Shown in pieces: positions 37,463 through 52,620 of a stretch of 64,000 nucleotides of DNA. The notes under the pieces are model-generated. The model saw nothing but the letters and a program-made list of their open reading frames with translations. It was not told the origin of the DNA and made no database searches. The DNA is from Torpedo marmorata (lineage: Eukaryota). The stretch spans positions 27,900,001 to 27,964,000 of the forward strand of contig OZ360240.1 in assembly GCA_977017645.1 (NCBI GenBank). The letters are read 5' to 3'. The translations under genes and the position numbers were made by a program. Position 1 is the first letter of the stretch. Every line of letters starts with the position of its first letter.

Positions 37463-39284
37463 TTGCACAGGCCTGTCAAGGTATATACATGACTTCAGAC
37501 CAACCAGTTAGCCACAGACTTCAATTGGTATTTGTTGCTCTGTCGTCTGTGGCTGCACTTGCACGCATCGGAGCCTGTGGATTACAGGCAATAGGTATCT
37601 GGGTCTGCTCCTTAGAGTGAATTACTGACTGGGCCTACCTCAAGTGTGCAGGATGGTGGAGGGGGGAGAGATTGGGAAGTAAACTAAACTCAAGTGGTGA
37701 GCAAAGATTAGTACTAGCACTACTTCCACACTGGAAGTCAGAGTTGACCGCACTTTCAAAACTTTGACTCAGCATGTTTTTGAGACGTAGGAGGAAACTG
37801 GAGCATGCAAAAGAAATTTGCATGGACCAAGGTAGAACGTGCAAATTCCACACCAAGGTCAGGATTGAACCCAAGTCCACGCAGCTGTGAAGCAGCAGCA
37901 CTACCTGCTACACAACCGTCAGCATTTCTAAGAGATTACTCTTCTACGAGTGAACAGCATCAGTTGCCATTCAGATCAATGCAATTGGAATTCTCACCAG
38001 GATAAAAAAAATTGGGCGTTTCACTAGAATTGACATTTATGTGAGCAGGAAGCTAGGAAAACAGCAAAAGAGAATACACATTTCTTGCATCAAAAAATCC
38101 ACACCTCATTTACATTTGGCATGATCTCACTCAGAATTACGTATGCTATTGGATATTGCTGTGCAAACATGAGTTTTAGACATTGCTCAGCTGAATTTCA
38201 AGGCCTTTGTTTAACCCGCAGTAGTATGACTGGGAATATGTAGAATAATTTTAGCTACTAAATGCTCAGTAAAGCCCAGCCAAAGCAAAAATGTTATGAG
38301 AACGCATTTTTACAATGTACAATGAGAAGTTGCAATATCACTCAACTCCAAATGCAATCAAAAGCTTCACAAATGGTCCAGGAAAACAGTGAGCTAATCG
38401 GTGAGTCCAGGAAAGCAATTGTGCCAGCATTCAAACTGCAGAATAAATTAACAATGTTGAGAAGTAATAAGGTATTATTGTGCGGGAATCAGTGGCAGTC
38501 ACAACTGCCCCAGGAAGCAATAACCTCATAACTGGAGATGAGTTCAATGTTTGGATTCAAGAAAGCTGAAGAGGAAACTCCACAAAAAGATCCAATTTTA
38601 GGAAAGGTCTTTTTGTTTCTGGAGAATTGAAATCAAAATTTGAAACCACAAATTGGACTAATATTTATTAACACGGGTACAGAAAAACTGAAGTGGTTTG
38701 CTCAAGTTACAGGAAACCCACAAAATAAGGTGCACAGCATAGGTGCAAGATTATATTGTGTGTCAGGGAGGAACCAAACAAGAAGGAATTTCCAAAAACA
38801 CCTCTTTGTTTCAATGTCAAAATTTTGAAAGCTTCATTCTCACATTACCACTTCGTTCACCAACAGCATGCATTGCATTAAACCGTCCCACTGGCTCCCA
38901 GTTGACTGGGGAGAAATCTGTTAAATGGTGCATGTAATATTCAATAGTAAAATAGGTATTCATTTAACCATCTCCAGGACTGTTGTCAGCTGAGACCTTT
39001 TAATGGTGCTTTCACCATGGTGACAAAATGGATTAAATTTAAATTGTTCAATAAAAGGTGCACCATAACACAACTGGACTCCGGCAAATACAAGAAACTG
39101 GCCAGTTATACTGGTGGCAATGCAAAATCCTATTTTGGTTGGTTGGTTTTGAGTGAAAGGAGTATAGTCCAGTAAATTTGTTGGTTTACTTCTTTTAATA
39201 ATCTTTCTTTCAATTCCAAGGCTTCATCAAATTGATTAATTTGTACTTTGTCCAATCACTTACTGATAGTTATAATATGCATTA

Positions 39285-39985
39285 CATTAAAATCCCTGCT
39301 ATCCGGCACCTGTAGGCTGATGCCGGATAAGTGTATTTTCCGGTTGCTTGAGACTTACTCTTATAATGCCTAACTAATACACCTGCATTAAGAATAAACA
39401 GTTTGAAAAACAAAAGTACTATACTGTACTTCCACTGAACAAACTTCACTTGCATGAATATATAAATCTTAAAAGCATTCTATTTTATTTTCAGTCACAT
39501 TCTTTGAAAACATTTAACCATCGCTGCATCTGCAGGTTCCTTCCTCTCCACGGAGCCGCCCGAAAGACGAACAATAACATTATAGATAATTAAACCCCCC
39601 TCCCCCATGTTTACAGATAAAGCCTCTGTCCGGGGCGACTCTTACTGAGCAGGGATAAGGAGACACTTTAAGAGAGTCACCCCAACGGTGAGCGGTATCA
39701 TCCAGTTCTTCATCCTGGGCGACGCCAGTGCTGTTTCACACAACTTTATTCAAACAGCTGCTACGAGCAAAGCACGACCAAGGCACTCTGCTGGCTAAAT
39801 ATTTGCTCCCATCTTCACCAAAGGTTTATGAGTTATTTCAGAGAACATTTACTTTTACAATTTTAAACTTATGTATTTTTACCTATTTATTTTATTCTTA
39901 TTTATTTTATTTATTTGCCTTGATTTTTTTACTGGTCGCTTGAGACTGCCAGTTGCTTGAATTCCGGATACCAGGGATTTTACTG
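39285..39985. mobile_element. Tigger-like non-autonomous element
   Basis: Terminal inverted repeats cattaaaatccctgctatccgg / ccggataccagggattttactg with TA. Partial sister copy at 48305-48716. Confidence 0.8.
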
Positions 39986-40066
39986 TACTTTATTCTCTGA
40001 ATACACAATGTACTTCAACTGCTGATTTCACATTACATACACCGAGCTTTGAGTAAAAATATATCA

Positions 40067-40234
<168 letters not shown>

Positions 40235-40606
40235 TTAATGGCAGAGGTATCCTCACAACTAAATCAGCAAAAGAAAACTGTATTTAATTGTGCAGTAAAA
40301 AGCTTCCTTTTGCACGCTGTCAAGGTAAGTCAACTTACACACATAGGGAGTTGTGTCACAGTAAGTCAAATAGTGCAGGGAATAGCAATAAGTACAAAAG
40401 CAGAGTGAAGGTTATGGAGAAAAGTATCATCAAAAACAGTGCAAGGGCATCATCTTTTGCTAGTGTGTGATCCATTTAAGAGACAGGTGACAGCAGGAAA
40501 GAAACTATTCTTGAATCTGGAGGTTTGTGTTTTCGAGCACATGTATCTCTGCCCAACAGAAAAGTGGAGATGAGAGTAGGACCAGGGTGGGATGGGTTCT
40601 TTAATA

Positions 40607-41300
40607 CCGTATATACTCGTGTAATAGTTGATCCCGTGTAATAGTCGACCCCCCACTTTTTTGGCCTAAAATCACGTGTTTTCCATGTGACCCGTGTAAA
40701 AGTCAACCCCCCTATTTTTGGCCCCGACCGCCGCCCACCCAAGCTCCTGACGCCCCGACCGCCCGCCCATCCGAGCTGCTGAAGCCCTGACCGCAAACCC
40801 TTGCCTCGACCGCCCGCCCATCTGAGCTCCCGATGCTCCAACCGCCCGCCCATCCGAGCTCCTGACGCCCTGACCGCGGATCCTCGCCCCAGCTGCCCGC
40901 CCATCGGAGCTCCCGACTCCCCGATCGCGAACCCTCGCCCCGACCTTCCACCAATCCGAGCTCCTGACGCCCCGACCACGGATCCTCGCCCCGGCCGCCC
41001 ATCTTCCCACCGGAGCTCCCAACACCCCGACCGCAAACCCTCGCCCCGGCCGCCTGCCCACCAGAGCTCCCGACACCCCAGCCACAGGCTCACTCCGAGG
41101 CCCCGGCCTCCCGCCCACCAGAACTCCCGACGCCCCGAACGCGGACTTATTACCCGGTCCCGGCCATCTAAGTTCCCGACGCCTTGAACGACGCAGGAAC
41201 TCACCACATTCAAAAGTATGACCCGTATAGAAGTTGACCCCCCCCCCAAATTGACCTGAAAAATTGGTCCAAAAAATTTGACTATTACAAGAGTATACGG
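40607..41300. mobile_element. pogo-type MITE with an expanded internal GC-rich minisatellite
   Basis: Terminal inverted repeats ccgtatatactcgtgtaatagt / actattacaagagtatacgg with TA; about 8 units of ccgcccgcccatcggagctcccgacgccccgacc. Confidence 0.85.
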
Positions 41301-41442
41301 TATGTTAACAGTGATAAGAAAATGCTTTTAATACAAAATCAAGGCAATTATCAGATCCAGTTGGTCAAATGATCCAAGTATAAAGAATGTTTGGGGTTGG
41401 TAATGGGCAGCTCCACAACACCCCTCCTCCCACCTACATTAT

Positions 41443-41690
41443 TGACGTACCTATCAATAACCAACACGAGTCTAGAAGTGCAGGAATTAACAGGCTTTTA
41501 TTAGCAGAATCAAGCCAGGGCTGACTATGACCTGACCTGATGATCCCTGCTGGATTGTCCCGGAACTGGGGGAGGAGTTGCGGGCTCAAGGCCTTTATTC
41601 CAGGTAAAAGGGGAGGGGTCACCGGGACAGACAGACAGGTCATGGTCATACCTGCCTCAGGCCACAATACATATAAAGTGGTTTACCACA
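41443..41690 (-). mobile_element. Solo LTR (probably Gypsy-type)
   Basis: TG...CA termini (tgtggtaaacc...gtacgtca), an internal AATAAA, and 5-bp flanks attat / attac. Confidence 0.65.
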
Positions 41691-42145
41691 ATTACTTTCT
41701 CTGCCTCACCTCATCTAAACGGCATTAGAGGAACAAAATCTTTAGAACCACAGAGTTGCAGAACGACGAAGGATTTATATAGAACACCTTCCATAACCTC
41801 ACATATCCCAAAATGCATTATAGCCATTAAAGTGCTTTTATTCTGCTCTCAGTGTTGCAATTCAGGAACTTGGCAGTCAATATATACACAGCAAACTATC
41901 CTGAGAGGAAGTAAACTGTTGGACAGTGGGTAAATAACAGGAAACGGGGCTGAGAGGATTGATTCTTTGAGTCACATAGCAAGGAAACAAGCCCTTTGGC
42001 CCAACTCGTCCACGCAGAGCAAGATGCCTATTTAAGCTCATCCCATTTGCCTGCATTTGCCCCATGACCCTTTAAACTATCCATATCCATGCTCTGGTAG
42101 GAGCTGGTATAGACTTGAAGGGACCTCTCTGCTGTAGCAATTTAA

Positions 42146-42523
42146 CCCTTTGAACTCCGTGTCCCGGTTTTCCGGGATGACAAACAAGCGCATGTACTCC
42201 GTGTCCCAGTTTTCCGGGACTGGTTTTATACCCAACCACCAGCTGGTTCGTACTGGTGTTCATACTATAAAGTGTATCTTTACAAAGGTTGGGGTAAAAA
42301 CAGCTGCTTCACCAAGTTCCACAAGAAGAAAAAGCACTGGAAGGGAAGAACATTCCAAATTGTTGTTTGAGTATCTAGGACTATGTAGGGTATGAACAGG
42401 ACAGTGACTGGCCAGATATAATGTGGTATCAGTGACTGGACAGATCGACTAACTCCAGTTTACCCATGGACCCAGTCCGGAGTGTATATTATGAAAGGTT
42501 AAAAATGACCGGAGTCCAAAGGG
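42146..42523. mobile_element. piggyBac-type MITE
   Basis: TTAA on both sides; terminal inverted repeats ccctttgaactccg / cggagtccaaaggg; subterminal repeats actccgtgtccc twice and cagtgactgg twice. Confidence 0.82.
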
Positions 42524-42569
42524 TTAATATACTTTTTATTATTTTGATTAAAAATTAACATTTAAAAAT

Positions 42570-42792
42570 TTTTTAGTGATACAGTACAATCGAAGTCACT
42601 TCCGGCCCACGAAACCATTACACCTCATTAACCTGTTCATTTTTGGAGGGTGGGAGGACACCGGAGCACCCGTAGGAAACCCACATTGTCATGGGGAGAA
42701 TGTACAAACTCCTTACAGACAGCGCCGATTCGAACACAGGTCACTGGCGCGACAGTAGCATTGTGCTAACTGCTACGCTAAGCGAGCCACCC
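42570..42792 (-). mobile_element. V-SINE (degenerate)
   Basis: Contains the reverse-complement core ggggagaatgtacaaactccttacagacagcgcc. Confidence 0.8.
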
Positions 42793-43460
42793 AAAGTGTT
42801 GGTCAAGACTCTCAGTAAACATGCCATGGAAAACGTTTTACATATCCACCTGGGAGAGATGAGATGGGACGTCAATTAATGTCACTATCGATAGTTCAAC
42901 ACTCCCCAGGTTCTACACTGGGGTGCCAGTCATTATTTTGTTCTATGAACTGGGACTTAAACCCGCCTGACCTTCTAATTTTGAGGTGATTCTGTTTCTA
43001 TCTAAGGCAGGGCAGAAACTGGACAGGGAAGACGTGCACATTCAAGACTGCTAATCTTTCCCCTTCAAGTATTTATCCTATTCCATTCTGAAAGTTAACA
43101 CTGCACCTGTTTCCAGCAGCCTTCCTGCCAGTGCATTCCAGATCATAACAATTTGCTCCATGGAAAAGTTGCTTCATCTCCTCTTTGGTTCTTTTGCCAA
43201 GTAACTTCCGCAAGCGAATTAAGATGGCAGTGTAGAAACTGTGAGAGATTCCTACTTTAATCTAGATAAATGATTCTTGATGACATTCTGTTTCATCTCC
43301 AGCCTCCATGTTAATCTGTCTGTGCTTACTGCTTATTTCAATTTAACTTTTTTATGATTTTTTTTCTTCAGTTATCATATACAGTACGCAAAGTATAGGA
43401 TTCAGCACCATTCTTATGGTGTAATCCAATATCCATGACCTCATCTTGAATTCTAATTCA

Positions 43461-43592
<132 letters not shown>

Positions 43593-44092
43593 CTAGTTAC
43601 TGAGACGCAGTGTTGATACATCTGTCCACGCATGGAAATATTTATGAATTGTGTAATCGGAGAGAATATTTGTGTCGACATGAGGCAGCCCTTTAAATTG
43701 CTTCCTTAGCTGCAGCAACATGAGCCAGTAAGACTGTGTACTATTACACAGTGCAGCTTGCCAAACACACAATTCTCCCACTGTCATCTGCACTTGGGAA
43801 TGTAAGTCAGCCTGACTTGCCTCATACCAGGGAGAAATGGAAAACCACTTTATCTGTGAGTCTTTGAGCTGCTTCTAGATTCAATGGTCTTGCTTCTGGA
43901 TGAAGAGTGGTAGAAAGGGGAAGGGGACAGGAAAGCAGTGCAGTTCAGTTCGTCGGCTGAAGAAATCACTGGAAGCATTGTGTCTGTTTCTATTGATTAG
44001 CTGGATTTAATAAAGAAACGAATGCAGTTTCCCGGTGTTGTCAACAAGGGCACTAAACAGTCATGGAGCACAGTTAATTTCATTCTGGTATA

Positions 44093-44453
44093 CAGTAAAG
44101 GTCTGAAAATCCAGATGCCAGAAATCCAGACCTCGAAAACTCTCGCCTGAAATCCGGACCACCCGAGAATCCGGACTTCTCAAAAATTCTCGGCTTTTGC
44201 GTGCGTGCATGAGTAAGTGCCACAGATGCACAGTGGCAACAAGCGACCATGCAGAAGTCGCGGATATGTAAGAAAAAATATTTATTTGTTTTTTTGTACT
44301 TTGTATTTTATGTGAAAAAATATTTCGTTAATAAATTATCAAAATTTACCTGTTTATTCTCCTTAAATTTGAATTTTAAATGTACGGCCCGAGAATCCAG
44401 AAAATCTGGACCGACCCAATCCCCGAGCAGTCTGGATTTTAGGACTTTTACTG
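44093..44453. mobile_element. Tigger-like MITE
   Basis: Terminal inverted repeats cagtaaaggtctgaaaatccaga / tctggattttaggacttttactg with TA. Confidence 0.78.
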
Positions 44454-45658
44454 TATGTTGACATCAGGACTACTGGCTAGTGGCTAAGGCAGTGGATACA
44501 CATATATGACATGTGGTGTCACTGGTATTGACGTTAGCAGTAGTACTTTAATGGTTTGGTTATTATTGGTTGGATGCAGCAAGGTACAAATTAAAAACAA
44601 AAGACTTAAAAGTGAGCAGTACCATATCTGGTTGTCAGGTGGCAATGAGCATCCAAACATTTAATATGGAGGATACAGCATTCATATTCATACAGCAGAA
44701 TAGCAGGACCTGCCATAGTATTAAAGGGATAGGAAGGAGGTGTGTCACTCCACTCCTTTGCACATCTATCTATTGACCCACAGCTTGCTTAAGGCCCCCA
44801 TGACAAAACTGAGCTGCAGCACAGCAGGGTGTTTAAGTGGAGGACTGTACACCCCTGCATATTGCCATTAGTTCCCTTGATTATCCTTTGCCTCTGTGCC
44901 CAATTTATGAATTAGAAAAACGAGCAGGCAGACTGATGAGGACCATTTCGCTGTCTGGAATCCATACCAATCATACCAACGCAGCCTTGAGTCCAGAACC
45001 CACAAAAATACACTAAGTTCATTATATTTGTATCCACCTGTTTTAAACATGGTATTAGTTTTCATTCTTGAATTAACATGTTCTTGGCCCTGCTTTCACT
45101 GCAGCTGCCCTGTTTAGTTACTGTATTACAGGGAGCCAGGGAACTAATTCCAGTTATTTTTGTAGCAATCTTAAATATGAACCAACATTCCTCATCAGCA
45201 GGTTGTACTTTTCAAATGATCTTGAAGAATTTAAAATCTTCAGGAATTCTGTGATCTGCAGATAAAATCAAGATGATTGATGAGCATTTAACGGCAAGCT
45301 CAACTCTGTTGCAAGCAGTGAATATGCTTTCAGTAGCAAATGTTGTGAAGCAAGGAACTAAAGATTGAGCTATAAAGTTTTGGCTCTGACTTATTCCTGA
45401 CATTGCGATGGTGTGTGGCAGAATTCTATCACTGCAATATCAGGATGCATTCAAACAATGCTTTGGACTAAACTTCTTGATTCAGTTTATGTCTCAGGTG
45501 ATCAAAAGGGTTCTTCCATCAAATGAAGGAGCTGGTTGGATGCTTACAAATTACCAGGTGGCAAGTGAAAACCTGATGTTTGATTTTAAAACAATTCAAG
45601 GGACATCAAGATTTCACTCAATTACTGTGAAAGGGAATGAAGGAAAAACTACATCTTA

Positions 45659-46480
<822 letters not shown>

Positions 46481-46829
46481 AGCTACTGGGGACTGGGTTA
46501 ATTTGCTTTGCCCCTGTTTGCTAAAGTAAGCTGCTAGGAATTGCTTTATTCCATCTTAAAATACTGGTTTCAAAACAAGTTCATGCCAATAGAAAACAAG
46601 AGAAAAAAAAATCAAGATAATAGCAGTTTGCTTTTGACTTCCTCCTGAGAGAAAAAAAAAAATCTACTGAATTTCAAGGAAAGGTTAGCTATTTGTATTA
46701 TGTTGATAATGTTCTTTCAGTGATGCTTCTTTTAAGTAAAGTAAATCTTCATTTCCTGCTGGGGTAATAGTTGTCATTTAGATATGGGTTCCCGTTCTTA
46801 TGATCAGTTACAGAAATAGGCAGAGAAAT

Positions 46830-47602
46830 GGAAATATGAGGTGTGGTTACTTTGGCGGGCCAAAAGTAAGGGGTAACAGTATATAGTAATGGCAGGACTC
46901 TTAAAAGCATTGATGTGGAGAGGGATCTGGGGGTCTGTGTCTATTGCTCTTTAAAAGTTGCCATGCACGTAGATAGAGTGCTAATGAAGGCATTATAGCA
47001 TGCTTGTCTTCATTGGTTGGGGCATTGAGAAGAAGAGTAACGAAGTAATGTGGCAGCTATATAAAACTTTGATTAGGCTGCACTTAGGAGCATTATGTAT
47101 AATTCTGGTCACCCCATTAGAGGAAGTGTGTGGAGGCTATGAAAAGGGTTCAGAAGAGATTTAAAAGGATGCTGCCCTGATTAGAGGGTCTGAGCGATGG
47201 TCAGAGTTTGGACACATTTGGGTTGTTTTCTCTGAAGCGTAAAAGGCGAAGGGAAGGGATGATAGAAGTTTATAAAATTAGAAAGGCATAGATAGGGTAG
47301 ACAGTCAGAATCTTTTTCTCAGAGTAAAAATATCAAATACTAGAGGACATACATTTAAGATTGGGGGAGGGGCGGATAAAGGACACGTGTGGAGCAAGTT
47401 CTTTTTACAAAGCGTGATAGGTGCCTGGAATGGCTGCTGGGGTAGTGCTGGAAGCAGACACGACAGTAGCATTTGAGAGGCTTCTAGACTGGCACAAAAG
47501 AATGTGGGTACATGCAGCAGAATTTTAGTTTAATTTGGGTATTATGCTCAGCACAGACATATAAACAAAAGGGCCTGTGTGTGCTGTACTATTCTATGTT
47601 CT
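46830..47602 (+). mobile_element. CR1/HER1-like LINE 3' fragment
   Basis: Decayed CR1 RT end (agggatctgggggtc; tggtcaccccatt; gtgcctggaatg) and a tgttcta tail. Confidence 0.78.
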
Positions 47603-47956
47603 ATAAAAGTCTGACATGGTCTTGAAAAAGTGAGCCTAACTTGAGAGAGCAATTTGCACAAAGTTGAGAAGAAGCAAACCAAATATGCATGGTGAAGAAT
47701 ATTATCAGAATCTGCATATGTGGAACCTGCCCCTCTAAGGATTTAACTAAAATAATAAAAATTGTATTATTTGCAAGAGTATCGTTGTTCTTCTGCAAAT
47801 GGGTTACTTTGTTTTTACTGTTGTACTGTACCTGGTCTGTAAAATGTTTGGTTTGTTCCATCTCTGCATGTTCTGAGAACTGCAGCCTGACTAACATCTC
47901 TGTTAATCGTTTGATGTATATTGAAACATCCTTGATTTATATGTTGGTCAATCCTA

Positions 47957-48193
<237 letters not shown>

Positions 48194-48304
48194 TCACAGC
48201 ATTGTGGGTGTAAAATAAGTGAAAGTCACTCCTCTCGCAACTAGTCAAGCAGTTATTAGAGTTATTATAGGTTGCACTAACCGCTGCGCTAATCATGCCA
48301 CCGT

Positions 48305-48716
48305 CATAATTGACACCCCCCCTCCTCCAAGTTTACAGATAAAGCCTTACTAATGTACTTAATACTAATAAAGATATTTCTCTTACTAGGCAGGGATAGG
48401 GAGACACTTTTAGAGAGTCACCCCAGCGGTGAGCGGCATAGGCCGGCTCTTCATTCTGGGCGCCGCCATGTTATTCAAACACAACTTTATTTAAACTTTG
48501 CTCAAACAGCTGCTGCGGGCGGGGCACGACCGGGGCGCTCCACTGGCTGAATGTTTGCTCCCATCTTCACCAAGGGGTTGTGTGTTGCTTCAGAGAACAT
48601 TTACTTTTACAATTTTATACTTTTCTTTAAATTTTTATTTATTCTTATTTACTTTCAATTTATTTCCTTTTTTTTTTTGCTGGTTGCTTGAATTCCGGAT
48701 ACCAGGGATTTTACTA
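48305..48716. mobile_element. Partial Tigger-like element (same family as 39285)
   Basis: Shares gagagtcacccca...ccggataccagggattttact with the 39285 element. Confidence 0.75.
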
Positions 48717-49604
48717 TATTAAGTATGAGAATTGATTGCTTTGAAATGGTTTGTCAGAGCCTCAGTACTCAGATACATGTGGAAATAAAGACCTTAGATC
48801 AACGTTAAAACCTGATATAATGGCTCCAATGATAATCATGGACCAATGACTCATTTCCCCATCATACTGCTAAAACAAATATATTTATTGCACCATTATG
48901 TCACCAATCAATACGTACAATCCTTAGTTCTTTAGATTAAGTCATGCAAGAAATGAAAAATAATACCCTACCACCAGAGGCCAACCTGAGCATTAAGGAT
49001 TTCACATTGACTTTTAAACAACACGTGAGGGATAATGTTCTTTATTAAACTACCTAAGGAAAGTGGATGCTGTTAACTTGATTGTAAATGAATTAAGAAA
49101 CATGAAACATTGTTTCAATTTACAAAAGGAGTTGCCTATTTTGGTTCTGGTATTCAAATAAATTCTGGAAATAACTATTGAGGGGCGAGGGGGAGCTACA
49201 GAACATCCAAAGATTAACCCGAACTCTTCAAACCTAAGCACAAAGGGTCCTCTGCTGGGAAAGATGTTGTTTGCTAACATTAATCCCAGGATCTGTATTT
49301 ACAGTATTTCAATGATGAGTCTTGTTCCTTAAGACTTACAAAAAGAATGAGCACATTTTTTAAGGTATAAGAATGTAATAACAATATTGTCTTTCAAACT
49401 TATTTTTGTGAACATAATTTACTTATAAATTCACATCCAGAACAGGCTATGTTGCAGCAACAGTACTCTGCCTTTGAAATGTTCTGAATTTTTGAGGCAG
49501 AGTGCTACTCCATGGCATGTTCAGCTTAACTGACGAGGGATGAATTTCTAGGCGTAATCGCTAAAGGCATGGTTTTAAAACCAGACAAGCGAACAAGTGA
49601 TTTT

Positions 49605-49850
49605 TTTGTTTAGAGATAGAGCACAGTAATAGGCCCTTCCGGCCCGCGAGCCCATGCCACCCAAATACACCAATTAACGTACAAAGCCCCTACATCTTTA
49701 GAGGGTGGGAGGAAACTGGAGCACCCAGAGGAAACCCACGCATGTCAGGAGGAGAACATACAAACTCCTTACAGACAGTGCCGGATTTTAACCCGGGTCG
49801 CTGGCACTGTAATTGTGTTGCGCTAACAGCTACGCTAACCATGACACCCT
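49605..49850 (-). mobile_element. V-SINE (HE1-like)
   Basis: Reverse copy with head, core and tail. Confidence 0.85.
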
Positions 49851-50125
49851 TTCATTAAAATAAGTTATTTTAATAAATTTACAAACATTTGCTGTCTTTC
49901 TCAGAATCAGTTTTGTGTGTTTCAGAATGGCAGTTCAGAGAAATCAAACACTTTGTTCACGATTTGATTGGGAACCACAATTCTCAGTTCTTATTTAGGG
50001 ATCATCAATTAAGTCCTCCATAGTTTTCAAATCAACGTTTTATACAATAGCAGCTACTCCTGTTTCTTCAGGCACAGTGAACCATTTAATGAAGCAGCTT
50101 GCCATAGTACCACTGTGCTCCTCAC

Positions 50126-50224
50126 CTCTTTCACAGGGAGTTTGCTCTTGAGTTTGTTCAGCCTACTTTGTTGATAGTCAGCGGAGGTAGCTCCTTTTTG
50201 TGAGCGGCAGAGTCCGCTGGATTT
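50126..50224 (-). CDS. BAHCC1: BAHCC1-like coding exon (99 nt)
   Basis: Encodes KSSGLCRSQKGATSADYQQSRLNKLKSKLPVKE. Strong acceptor tttttttctgcattag| and donor GAG|gtgagg; phase 0 to 0 fits both neighbours. The peptide itself is poorly conserved. Confidence 0.72.
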
Positions 50225-52127
50225 CTAATGCAGAAAAAAAGAAGTGTTGGAGTCAGTATAAATTGATTGTCATCAATTACAAAGGCATTCTACATGGATG
50301 ACTCAAGCACGGAAACGTTTTGTTTCAGGGTACAGCCAACTTACTGCCATTCCTATCAGTCTCCAGCCATTAGTTGCAGGTAAATGTAGATTGAATCTGC
50401 TCTGTGCCCTTTGAGGTGACAAGTTGGGAATCATAAGACCAGTTCATCTTAAATTGGTGCATGTGAAGATTGGAGACAAGCTGGGCCATGGGCCCACCCC
50501 AGTAACCATTCATCCCAAATTAAATGTAGAAAGCAAAACTATGGAAATGCATGCATACTTTCACCCATAAAATTCATGCGCTCCTCCAGCCCCAAGCAGG
50601 TATAAATTCCTGTGCAAGCATGAAATCCAAATGGCTTGGTGATTCTTGTAAATGCTTCATTCCTCAGATTTGGGAACTGGGCGAAATGACCATTGCAGCA
50701 AAGTAAAAGAACTAAAGTTTGGAATTCAGTTCCAAAACTATTTCACTTGGAAACCCATTCAGTCATGCTATTATGGTTTACTGTTCCACAGCTGGGTCTT
50801 TTATCAGCACTGAATCTTTGCCATTTCTAACTGTATTTCCATGCTCTCTTCTATTATGTCCATAGAACCCATTGTGCACAACTTCTAATAAAGAATTGAA
50901 TAGAAAAAAAGAAAAGCCTTGATAGTGAATTCAGGGGGAAGTGCAGCAACAACTGAGCTATAGTTTCCAAAGCTCTCCAATGCTGAGTTGTCCTTGTATC
51001 ATTTCTGGATCAGATCTACCATTGCTAAACTGTCGATAAAGATCGATTGCCATGGTTACTCAACCATTCTATTGTTGTTAGAACAAGCAACTAGTGGGGA
51101 TGGTAGTCAAACAAAATGGACCTTGGACTTGTATTAAGAAATTACACTAGCATCATAAGCAGAACAATAAACACCGATGCAGTTCTATTGATCAATCGCC
51201 ATTCAAATATTCTTTCAGTACTGGATGTATTACATCCTGGAGCCATTTGACTGTTGACAGTTTATTATTCTTCAAACCTACTGTTAACACTGGAAGTAAG
51301 ACTCAAGGTGAAGGAATTAGGAAGTTTGCCGCATTAGAAATTTTATGTCTCTGAATCACATGCTGGAGTCATTTCCTCTGATACTTGGTGTGATCCGCTA
51401 TGCAAACGTAGCTGACATGTCCATACACAACGTATATTTCTGATGGACTACTGCGGTTTAATTTCCTGACCACAGAGATGTGAGGAGAGGGGCTGAGTCC
51501 AGTGTGGAATTCATTAACAAAATTTCCAAAAAAAAAAATCAACATGAAGAGCAAATGTTTCAGAGCCCATGACAGGTATGTGGAGAAACTTTTGCCCATG
51601 GTTGTCACCTTGGTGCATTCTGAACAGGCTGATTTTCTATCATATAACACCTGCACTAATTGTTTTAATGTCCAGTGATTTTAAAATAAAATATTGCAGA
51701 TGTTGGAAATGTGAAATAAATAAAAAATGCTGAACATATAATAATGAATAATGAAAGGGTATAGACCTAAATTGTTAATTCTGGTTCTCTCCCCACAGGT
51801 GCTGCCTGATCTCATTTTCTGCATTCATTTCAATGATTTAAAACTGCGGAGTGATTTTAAATATTCCATTTTAAAATGAGCAGAACTTTTAAATATTTCT
51901 ACTGTGGCAGCACCTTTTCCATTGGAAATATTCAACTGTGGCCAAATTCTGAGGTTTCTGTTTTAATTTATACAGATGAAGCAATTGAGGCGCTTCACAT
52001 CTACATTTCATGCAGTTGTACATATTCTCACTGGCAGTTACAATTTTTGTTTGTCTAACAGTAAATTGATCTGATTTCCACACCTTCACACTGTTGTTTA
52101 GATGGTCAGCTCAATATTGGCGCAGGA

Positions 52128-52620
52128 CACCAGAAACGGGGAGAACACCCCCTGGTGAGAAGGAGAAGCAGAGGAGACGACCCTACAGGACGGTGACCAT
52201 GGCAGCGGACCAGTGAGAGGCTCCACGGCTGAGGGACCCACACAGGCTGCAGGCAACTTGTGGTTGGGGGACTCGCATCGGAATATCAGCTATCGGAATC
52301 AGATTTTGAGAGGGTGCTGAGGTCAAGGAGGATTCCCAAAGGGCCTCGGACGATGAACACTTCCTGATCGTGTGGGAGGTTTACATCTGGAGATCGGGTT
52401 GCCAATGAATCAAACATAAGTCTGTGTGGCTGTAGAGGCTGCAGGAGCACTGGAGGCGAATCCACGGAACCTTGGTGACTTCTTTTGCTTCTCTTTCCCT
52501 CTTACTGTAAGGAGCTCTGGGTGACACTAATGGTGACTCTTTGTCTGCCTTACGGCAGGCACAAGGACATTTTGTGTAATATTACATGTTCTATACTATT
52601 ACATGACAAAGGAATCTTGA
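52128..52620 (+). repeat. Probable non-autonomous retroelement with a LINE-like tail
   Basis: GC-richer block ending atgacaaaggaatcttga, similar to the Rex1-type tails here. Family not recognised. Confidence 0.4.

Noticed and set aside
36905-37620. Long ORFs across the N run
   Set aside because: Artefacts of the assembly gap.
40476-41249. 257-aa Gly/Arg-rich ORF and overlapping ORFs
   Set aside because: They are translations of the GC-rich minisatellite inside a MITE and are open in several frames on both strands.
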